This document shows positions 24,468 through 36,400 of a stretch of 64,000 bases of DNA, one piece after another; the first letter of the stretch is position 1, and each line of letters begins with the position of its first letter. This stretch comes from Tubiluchus corallicola. Lineage: Eukaryota; Animalia; Priapulida. Below the pieces are notes generated by a model. That model was not told the origin of the DNA, did not search any database, and worked only from the letters and a program-made list of their open reading frames with translations. The translations under genes and the position numbers were made by a program. Location of the stretch: the NCBI GenBank assembly GCA_030141605.1, contig JAQGDQ010000012.1:248001-312000 (forward strand), given 5' to 3'.

Positions 24468-27400
24468 TCAATGTCTGTCACCAGACATGTTCTGCGTGGC
24501 TACGTGGTTGACGGGGGGAAACTCTCGCGAGTCATGTAATCCCAAATCTGCGTCATCCCCACCCATGCTACCATCATCAGCACATTCAACAGCATGATGC
24601 AGTTGTACATCTGCAATGTAATGTATACAGATGAGATCGTGTCAACCATTCAGTCTGCTATTGCAGGTCTATTTTCACACTAGCAATATAGAAGTACTAT
24701 TTCAGCAGCAAAATTGTGTTATGTTAATTTTGTTTGTTTTCTAGTACACTAAAAAACTTTTGAAAAAATGTTGATACAGCCTTGTATTCAAATAATTTAC
24801 ATGTATGGGATTGGATATATTTAAATATAAAGGCTTTATTTAATCTGTTCTGATGTTCTAACAATTAATTGCTGGCCCAGCGTAGCAGCTCGCCAATGTT
24901 ACTGATCATAATAGGAAGTGTTCTTATAAGATAAGATGATACTGCAAAGAATGAGGCATCATGAACGGAAAATAAAAATAAAAATTCTGCAGGAATATAG
25001 TCAAAACTGGGGCTGATGTGTATTGCTTGCAGTTTTGTCAAGTAAATATTCTTGAAAGTTTTGATATTCTTTATAGTAAAAGGTTTGCCTAAGTTATAAA
25101 CTAGAAAGGAAGGACAGATGAAAAACAGAAGTGGAATTGAAACAAAAGATGGTCAAAGGTGAAATCACAAAGAATACAATTCAAAAACGAGATCTCATTT
25201 TTTGCTCAAATTATTATAATCAACAAAGTGATCAGAGAATCAGAAATTGTACAAAATTCCATGTTACTTTCGTTACAAATCGATCAATTAGTATGTCTTT
25301 TCCTCTGAGTAGTAGGTTTTACTGACTGTTTACTTGTCTGTATTTATGCATATACTCAACTTTGCTTGCTGGTGCCAAAAACCTTGCATTATTTACATAT
25401 TAATATGCATTGTTTGAGAGCTCCAAGCATGCTCAGCATTTATAAAAATGAAGCATGCATTTGTATCCCATTGTTGTGTCCACATGCAACAAACAACAAA
25501 ATAACTTCACTAGTATGTCATGCTGTTAATTTTACGAAAGTGCAGTTCAAAAACTAATCAAAATCATAAGTAAAATATTAGGATGCTGTGCATTCAGGTA
25601 GTGAAAAAGTAAACGAAATTTCAGTTTGGTTTCTTGAGATATAAATTCAGAACAACAATGTATTTTTTGTATCACACTGTTCTAAGAAAACCTATGTTTA
25701 GTGGAATAATTGAAATATTATCGATTGAAAACAGTTTCTTCCCAATTCTTATTTTCTACACTAAGGTATCTCATCACAAACACGGCTGCTGCAAGTGTTA
25801 AAGTATCTGTGATTGTTTGTTTTTTTATATAAGCATTTAATGTCTGCACATTGTTAGCAATTAATCAATGACAACATCAAACTGTAGTGCTATGTGTTAT
25901 GAAAAACAATGCTCACGAAGTTCTCTACCCAAGCAAAGAATTTTGTTATGCAATTAAGTTTTTAAGTTTAAATACAAATAAATAAAGTTAGTAAAATTAT
26001 TGGCTAGCAACAAGCACAAGCAAATTTAAGGAGGAATAGCTACATGACGAGGTCTTATGGCAATAACATAAAGAGTAGCTACTAATTTTTTTCCATGTAT
26101 CAGTTGGCAGAAAGAATGGTCATAAAATGAGTTGATCAGCTTCATGTCACAGCAAATGGCAAAGACAACTACAACAGGGGAATAAGAGAGTAAATAGCTG
26201 CCAGAAAATATCTTCAAAAGTGAAATTGTGCTGGATGTTATTCATTAATATTCATCTTAAAAATCAACTGAAAAACAACTTTTATCACTCATTGCAGTTT
26301 TATTACATATTTTTATGAGAAATACGGCAGCAATTACAAAGAAACATTTCAATGAGTTCTTATATACAGTAAAACAAATTTGCTCTGGCTACTTAAATAA
26401 TAGCAAAAATGGCAATAATAAAAAATTGCAATTACTTTTGAAAAAAATAACAATATAATTTGGTAAAATCTATTATTGCCGAAAAAATTTCTATCCAGCA
26501 CCATATACATATAATTCAAGCGGTTAACTATATTTTTGCATCTAATTACGACAAATATCTCAGTATTCTCAAAAATGACTTAAAGCTTATCTGTACAATT
26601 CCATCTTCATGGCTGCTCAGTAGGGAGAGCCACTTTCAACACAGCCTAGAGAAGGGCTGGAGGCTGCTGGCTGTTCTGTGAAAGAGAAAAGAAAAGCAAT
26701 AAAAATGTGAATTAAATAATAAAAGTGAAGTTAGAAATTAACAGTGAAATAAAAGTGCGTGTGAATGCGGTTAATCCCGTTAATTAGTACCAAAAGTTAA
26801 ATATTAATAAATGTAGCAGAAAAGGAAATTTTCTGAAACTATCATGATGACCACACAACTATGTCACCTTATAACATTGTGGTATACACTCTTACATAGT
26901 GTATGTGGTAGTGTAGTATAAAAATTATGTAGTGGACAGCAAGTAATTACTTAGCCAAAATTATTACTATAAAATTCTAGTAATATCATCTGGCATATTA
27001 TTTCAGTTATTTAGGGCATTTAATAACAAAATAACAGGTATAAGCCTATATATTTCATAGCTGATACTATCAATCTACCACAGTTAAGTCCCTCACTCCA
27101 TCAACAGTGGAACAATATAAGTGGCTTAAATCCATGGTGGCTTTTTATTAAATAAACTTAGATCAGCAAACAGATCAACTTTTACAATTTGATACTTGCG
27201 AGTGCACACCTGTCACAGTGTCAAATTATTAAATTTACTGTGCAACAAAGCAAGTGCACTACACGGATATTGTCATTGTTTTTTACAGTAAAAAATGATA
27301 CCTAAAATCATAAATAGTCAGTAGTGAGCATTTTATGAATAATTCTGCACGCGTCACAAAACTCAGAGGACAAGAACAGTAAATAGGGAAAGAAAGTATG

Positions 27401-30400
27401 AATGACAACATAAACAAAATGTAACCACAAAATTAAATGAGCTAATGCAGCAAGACATACATGTAATTGAAACAGAAACTTAAAAAGTCATATTAGTAAA
27501 ACTAATGTATTACAATGATCTTATACACCTCAAACCCACATGCTTTTGTTGCAAAAAATAAGCTAAAAATAATGAATTTTTTTTTACCATTTAGGATGAT
27601 GATTCATGCAAATGAATACAAAATATTTTAGTAAAATTTTATTAATTTGCTCAGAGAATACGGTTGAAACAGTGAAAAGCTTCAAATAATAGAGCAGCAT
27701 GCTTATGTGTGCGCATAATGAGGTCAACCATCAAATGACTCACCAACAGAAATAGTAATGAACAGGTTATTCAGAGCAAGCTGAGAAAATTAATTATGTA
27801 CTGAAGAAAGATCTACTACATGTGGGGAATGAACTACCAAAATAAACCATATGGCAGTAAGCTATCTAGTGTCAAGTACAACTTTATCACGTTAAACAGA
27901 TTTTTCCTGATATAATGTTGGAACTTGAAATGTGGTCTTGTTTTCACCTTCAGATATGTAATCTTGGGTTTTAATCTCTTTTTGGGACTTACATTAGGTT
28001 TTTGTCACGCGCAATAGTGATCATGCATCAGAGACGCTGGACAAGGGAAATATCAATGGATTTCTTCTGCTACTGCTTTAAGAAAAGTTACACATTTCAT
28101 TGACTTGATTTTACAAGCGAACCTATCAATATCAAATTTTAGAAAGACTGTCCGCAGTTTCATAAAATAAAGTAAATTTTTAGAAATTAACTGGGAAAAT
28201 CTTTTACTTGACAAGATGCAATTTACTTTAGAAACAGATAACTGATAACATCCTACTTTACTAAAGTGCCAGCAACAACTTCATCCTTACCATCGAATAT
28301 AGTTATCCACTTCACATACTCTAGTGAAGTATGTGAATTTAAGTAGTTAATTTAGGTGTAATTACAGCCTTGTGCATAATCAGACAGAGAAACGGCACAG
28401 AAGAGTAAGAAACTATATTTGTATAAACGGTACTCAACAAGATTTTTCAGTTAGCCCAATCAAATTGACAAAAGGCAATTATTTGCCTTGGGAAAAAATT
28501 CTAACGATAAAGGGACATTTGAACAGTAATGCTGCTTTACTTGCATGCACTTATTTTGTTAAGCAAATTATTATTGGTAGCATACCGCATTTTATGCGCT
28601 TATTTTCTGCTGCCTTAATTTTTGTTTTTCTCATGGCATAATTATTTTGGTTGCAGTTTCTTATAATTTTGCAGGTTTATACCAGTTTGCAAGTTCTTGC
28701 ATTTTATGAGTTTATAAGAATTTGCTGTTTTCCTCTTGATTTTGCTTCATTTTTTGCATTTGTTTTTGTTGGTTATGATAATACAATGCACAAACCAATT
28801 TGTTTCAGTTGGTGTCATGCTAGTGTCACTTCAGCTCAATTTTCTCACTATATGCTTATTTCAGCTCTGCATCCATTTTCGTTTATGCTCAGTTGGTCCG
28901 CTCAATTGAACAGCTTTTGTTTTCAGTGATTATTTGTTTTCAGTCTTGTTTTCAATCCTTATGCATGCTTATTTCAAAACAGTTATTATTTTTATTTTTA
29001 TTTATTTTTTACTTTATGCTTATTCACTTCTGGTAATTTCTTGTTATCATGCCTCAACTGTTTTAGTTTAATTAGCAAAGGAAACATTTGTTGATTTATG
29101 TTTTTTTATTTTGGCATATTGTTTTGCCATTTAAAATTACGTTGATTTGTTTGCTTGTTATCATTTTATCATTATAGCATCTTTTCAGTTTGACAGACTT
29201 TGTTAGTTTCATTCCAGCTTACATGTACACAGCCAGAATTTGTACACAAAATTCTTGTAAATGAGTTATGTGAAATAAATGACTTATGACCAATTTTTCA
29301 CTAGATTTTCTTTTACTAGCTTTAACTAGAATGGTGGCTCATTCGTTAACCATTACGGCTTTCTTGCCATCCATTCTCTAAACCAGTAACTTGTTTTGTT
29401 TATATACTAGATAATATTGTGTGCAGTTACAAGTGATGAATAAATTTATTTGAATCTGAATCTGAATCTAAATCTAGTACTGCAACTGTTTCCTTAATTT
29501 TCATATGTTAATTTGCAGTAAAACTGTTGCATTCCACAATTACTCTGTTTGACTTTTTTATTTTTTCAAACAATTTTCATCGATTACATTTCCTGAAAAA
29601 CAAACTGGATAATAATGAATTACCAATGAACTGACAGACTAAAAAATGTAAAAGATTGAAACCGAAAAACAGGAATTTTGCTTACCAGGTACGCTAGCGT
29701 GATGCATAGTTTACACATAAATCAGTGATATTAACCACATTTAAAATTACTTACCTGGAGGAGTAGCAGGGGGCGGGTCATTTTTCTTCACTGTAGCAGC
29801 ATAACTGGGTCCAGGAGTTGCTACCGGCGAAGAGGTTTGTCCAAGAGAGATTGCTGTTGATGATGGCAAGTTTGCATCCTGCTCACCGTAAAGTCTGCAA
29901 ATAATATTTTTCATAATTTTTTCACTATGAGCAACACAATATCATGACACTTTAACAAGCCTGTTACCAAATTAACAAATACATAACACATTAGATGAAC
30001 AAAACGTAAATTATGACACTAATGCACCACTTAAAGTTTATCATGAATGTCTACTGCATTTTAAAGTCTGGCTGCTTGCAAAACTAAATAACTGTTAAGC
30101 ATTTCTAAGTATGAAATGTCACCCTGTGCAATATAATAAATATTAATAAAATTAATGCTTGCACTTTTACATGTATTATCAAATTTCTGTTTACCTGTAT
30201 GACATACACATCGGTGCTACTAAACTCCATCAAGGAGTAACAACTGATTTGTTAGAATATAATATATAATGCGAATAAAAACGCAGCAATCCAATAACAG
30301 ATTGCAGTTAACAACCACAATTTTAAAGAGGCTTTTTTACAATTTTATGAAATGCATTTTGCCAATCTTTCATTCGTAAATGCAGATAAAGCTTGTTCAA

Positions 30401-33400
30401 TATAGGTTAGTAAATTCAAAGTTGTTATTTCAACATAAATATTAAGAACCTTACAATGCAAAGAATTTATGTTAACACATACCTGTGCTGTTTTAAGAGA
30501 GTGCATTCTCCTCCTTCAGTTGGATCAATGTTGTACATGTACAGATAGCCTTCATATGAAGCCACCAACAATCTCGGTACCTTCTGTATCCTAAGCATCA
30601 AGAAAACTGTTTTCAGCAAACCTCTACAATTCTGATTACACTCACTCCATAGCACCACAGCATCGAAAACACTGCTAGCATCAGCATCACCCCTGATGGT
30701 GCAACCACTAGCCGTAATATTAGTACCAGAACCATCAGCACCACCACCACCACCAGCAGCAGCAGCACTAGCTTGACTATGAACACCGACCAGCAATAGC
30801 CTGCAAGCCTGAGCAGCAACAATATACCTAACACTTGTAACATTACTCTTCCTCAAAAAATGCAAAATGACAATTTTGTACACAAAACAATTGTCAGAAT
30901 CTATGCAATACTTTACAGTGCTGTGAAATTTAGAGAAATTAAACAAGATTACTGCTTGACACTGGAACTTTAACACATTCAAATTCATAATTATAAGCAG
31001 GCCTGTTCAATTCACAACCTGCCTGTAGGAATTTCTATACAAAATATAAATTGTATACATACATGGCTAAAGCGCAGACATTTTTAACACCGGAGAAAGG
31101 AAGCCGCACAGTGGCAAAATCACGGCCCTGACTGAACATCTCCGTGACTTGTTGGGGTAAATACTGAGACGTCGTGCTAAGGGCTTTACCAAAATACCCA
31201 ACCCAGCTCTGTGGTTCTTCTGCAGGCCTGAAATAAAAAAGATGTGTATTAAACATCCTTACAAAAAACAATAAAAGAGAATAAACAAGGCAATATGCTA
31301 CAATTGTACCCTAAATACCAATAACTTAAAACACTTACATGTTCCATGAAACATGAAACAGTTACCCTTGTTACTGACAGTATCACATTTTACACAAACA
31401 CAAAATAAACCCACATTACAAACTCAATTAAACAAACACAAATGTAAACTAGAAAAAAACTGACGAATCAAATGCACAAGTTTTTGATGCAGTATTTAAC
31501 AAAACGGCATCTTACTAATAAAATGCACAAGACATTTATATGGAAGTAATGAATTTTGGCATTTTACAGCCTACTAGAGCCATAGATTTTCAAATTTCAT
31601 GGGTATGCAACAGAAAGATTGCTACTCTGCAAAATGTGAGGCAAGTAATGAATGGCATGTTCTACTTCAAGAACTGTACTCAATTGTTAAAGTTAGGCAA
31701 AAACAGCCGTTGATCAACAAACTTTTGTAATATTGACTAATATGCAGACCAGCAATCTCTTGGTTGCGTGCACATGGCATCTTAACCTGTGAGTAGAACT
31801 TACTTTTCACGAACTCCCTCTAGCCGGAATATATGAATAGTCTCTGTGTTGCTGGAAACACCAAGAAACACGGAATCTGCACTGAATGCTAGCGAGCCGA
31901 TTGACACACACCTATAACACATATAGTCAAGTTTACATTTTTACAATTTCTCTACATTAAAGCATGACAAGTAAGGCCCATTTATCTATTCATATATTAA
32001 AGAAATCACCGATTATGGTATGCACACACAAAGAAAACATATGTAAAACTGAATTTAAACAAAAAAACAACCCAAATTGGAATCACTTAATGAAACACTT
32101 GGATTATTATTATACTAAAATTGCCAACAATGCCAAGGTAGTTGTTTAATTTTTTTTCCTTGTATACATGCTGCAGCTTTTAAGAGAAATTATTTCTTAC
32201 ACAATTTTATTAATACTGCTAAGCGACTTAAGAAAATTATTGCTATTAGAATCATTAATATGCATTGTAGTATTCAACATATAAGCATAGACTTAAAAAC
32301 GGCACAGTTTGACAGAAGCCTTATAGTTTGACAAGGAAAGCAGTAGATTCTTCTATGAAGAGAGTTAAATCTTGTAAAAAATTTCAAGCTCTGAGTTTTT
32401 ATACTGACCAAATTAAATTGTCAACTGACTTGAACTAAGGCAAGTTTGCGGCAGAGACAATGTTAGTAATATGAATATAATAAATGAATATTTTTATTCT
32501 TACTGTTACTCTTATTATGCATATACATTTTATGTAAACGAGTTTCTTATGAGGTGTATAAACTTTTTATACTACAATTTTTGTAAAATTTTAAGTTTGA
32601 AATAAAAGATTATTCAAATATTCCAAGCTTTTGTGTACTTATTACTATCAAGTTAGCTAATATTACAACAAAATTTGTCGTACAAAGCTAATCGTTAATG
32701 CTGTAATTAGTGGAGATTAATCTTTATACATCATTCCTACTAGATGGAACAGTATTCCTGCTGTTACTTCTAGTGTGTGATTCCTTACGATAGTTTTTTT
32801 CTCTGTGGTATATTCGATTCGACAGATCTGGTACAGATCACCACATGAAACATTACACAGCAATTTGTATAAGAAGCAAACTTACATTGCTTCAGTCGTC
32901 ATGTACACACCTTTAATAATATTGCAAAAGTAAGAGTATTATTTATTTCCTAGAGCAGATCAAGGGGTTGAATGAAATGATATGGAATTTGGCATGAAAA
33001 CAGAGTTGGCAGAGGAGGGTGACAAAGACCAGATTTCCTTTACAAGAACATACCACGAGAAGTTAAAAGTTGAGTCTGCTTTTCGGTTAAGTATGGGTTT
33101 TTATAAAAGAAACTTCACAAAAAGGTACAGAAACTATAACACCACAACTTACAAATAAGTGGTGTACTAATCAAACACGACAAGTTGAAAAACAATATTT
33201 TTGCTTTGTAAGCATCTCTATCTTATACAGTCTATTTTAGTTGTACAAGCTTATACAGGCAAACTTACACAAATTTGAATGTAAATTTACACAAATTATG
33301 CCAAACTGCAAAATACAAAGAACCAAACTTCCCAAGTAATCATACATTGCTCAAGAGATATGTACACATTTTAGTCAGTGTTTGGCTTACACGCCCAAAA

Positions 33401-36400
33401 AACAATAAACCGACCCATTTCAAGCAATTTTAAATTTATTGGGTTTATTAGCTTAGGCTTATGCTTTGAACTGCAGTACCTTAGAAAATGTATAGGCATT
33501 TAAAACATAGGAGAGTTAACGTGATGTAATTTAAAAACTATGTAATACTAGTACTGTGTTACACTACATGACTGAAATTTCTACTGTAGCTTTTTAGGGT
33601 ATTAAATTAAATTACAAATTAAATATATTCACATTAACTCATCAAAGCACTAATAATTTTCAAATTCAGTCTACATTTAGCTTTCCAAAATATTTGAAAT
33701 GAGAAAATGCAGCGATTGCTGGCCTCCCACACTGGACTTTGGTACAGGAACATTTAGGCAGTCCTCTGTAACCTCTAGCTATACATCTGTGTAAAATCTC
33801 ACTCATTTTATTCATTCTTCGCAGCTCTTACAAAACATAAAAATTTTAACTAATGAACGACTCGTCTCACAACTGAAGTCATCCAGCTTATAATAAATAT
33901 GAATGAAAGTTACTAAGACGAACTTTAAAAGTCTAATGATACCTTTTTACACCTCGACGAAATTCAAACAATTTTGTCCCATCTGGCACAGAGAATACAC
34001 GAATAACAGTACCCTTGTCTGATGCCGTAGCAATTTTTGTTCCGTGACAATTAAAACAAACAGCAGCAAGAGGATTGTCATGTGCTGGGATCATAGTTAC
34101 AGCTTTCTGAAAGCATACAATTTAATCATTTAATCAGGTGAATGCAATGCACACCACTCAGAACTTTTACAAAAAATGTTCTTCCTTAACAGTTTAACAG
34201 ACTCATGCATAATTTTGCTATATTCAGCTTATCATGTTAAGATGTCACTAGGCTGTTTTTGCAAGTTCAGTGAATGTATACCTTGGTCAGGATATTACCA
34301 CATTTTCTTTCATCACATTAGGAACTAGTAACTCCTTTACAAGATGACCAAGATCATCTAAGTTAGTAGCTTTACTTAGTCAGCACAAGAACAGTTCATA
34401 CCACGACAGTCACTGGCATGCCCATAGGAGAAATTTGCTGAACTAATAGCAAAAACTAGTTCTAAGCAGAACAAAATGCTTCTTTGAAGCAGTGTATTTT
34501 ATTTACACTATCTAGAGTAGCCTAATATAGAATCACGTATCTATCATATCGCAATGTACAGACATTGTTTAAGAAGCTACTCACCAAGTTTATAGCATCA
34601 AAGATCTGTACTTCACCAATGGAAACGTTGCCAGGATATGCAAGATAGCATGTATCACTGTTCGTAGAGAGAGAACATAAACCTAGAAAACAACTTTTAC
34701 AGTAACATCACATACACTAAACAAATAAAAGGGAAAAGAGTGATGACCTTTAGTTGACTCTGGTTGTGGGTCTTCTACTTTCTGACTCCTTTCTGAACTT
34801 TTAAACTTCGGGTTTGGAACAGGATGAGCGATTTGGGACGGCACTGAATTTTCGGGAATGGGATCAGAGAAAAGTTTGGATCGAGGTTCAGGGGTTGGGA
34901 TTGTTCAGAATTTCCGTATTTGACAGCATGATTAATCTTTGGTAGCAATTTTTAGTATTCTATGAAAAAACGTCATATTTTCCAATGAACTGCAATAAAA
35001 TACAGCCTCTTAATTTCTGTAAATATAACAAATGAACAATTAATTTAAATTAATACTGTTTTAACATTACTCAATGCACATATTATCATTTTTAACACAC
35101 CATAAAATCATGACATAACATAATATGCTTAAGTTAAACGTTCACAACAAATCTGAATTCAAAAAACTAATCAAAAAATTACTAAATGGTATCAACATTT
35201 TCCCAAATTAGCTGGCAACTAAAGACATCATTAATTAATTATGACTATGATTACTGGATTTTATAAACGATTGGAGTTTATTTTACCAATTATTACCCAT
35301 TGGGGTAATGAGTTGGAGAAAGAAAGGAGACACTGAAAAATTATGGACAAGTTGGGATTTGAAGCCGAGGCCTGGGATTAGTACGCCCATACTCTACCAG
35401 TTGAGCTACCAGTCAACATGACAGAGCAGGCCTGAGATTTCCTCCGTGTAGCTCACAATCCAACAGTCCCATGACCCATGACAGTAAGTGGATGCTTATG
35501 AATACGTTCCCAAATTCGAATTACTACACTTGCCAGTGCAGCTGAAGCCCAAGTGTGCAACACTTTAGCTCACAAACGTGCACATTGTGTAAGTTGAACA
35601 AAAAAGAAAAAATGTAATGTGATGTATCAAGGATTCTGTTTATTTGCACTAAATAATTGCTTTTTAGACAATATGTAATACACGTTTTTTGTTCTTGATC
35701 AATCTGGATACATTGAATTATAGCTCAACAGCTGATAACAGCAATTAATTCGATTAATCACCGGTCACTAGCGTGCGCATAACTTCAAAACACTCAAATT
35801 AATGTTTTTTCTGATTAGACAAATAAGAAATACCTGTAGGATTAGGGGGAGTATCACGTATCGTGTGGAGAACTTTCATATCCCGAATGTTGTGTATATA
35901 TAGGCTTTCCTCCAGACAAACTACCAACCGCTAAAGCAAAAAGAAAACAAAATGTAAGCAATTATGATAAGAAATATAGATCTATAATGTTTTTACACTT
36001 AACATCTATCAGATTAAACACAAACTGCTTGCATACTTTCAATTATGACTGGTGTAAGCACAACCCACGAACATCTTACCCAGTCATATTGTTAGTGCAC
36101 GCAGAACATAATACACTAATAGAATGCCACAGCATTTAAAAACCTATTAGTTACTCAGTCAACCTCAATGTAAGTTAGTGATAGACCAATCCAATGGAAT
36201 AGAAAGGCAAAGCCACATGCAAGCTGAAATAATTAAATGTTGATAACGAATCACAAGGCCTAAATAAACCAAAGCTAATATTAGTCAATAGGCCCATGTA
36301 CATAGTATTCTAGAGCTACTTTGAAATAATTAGTTTAATAGTTTTTACTTACCGATCGATTCAACTTGACTGCTAATATAGTGTTTGAGTAACTGTAGTT

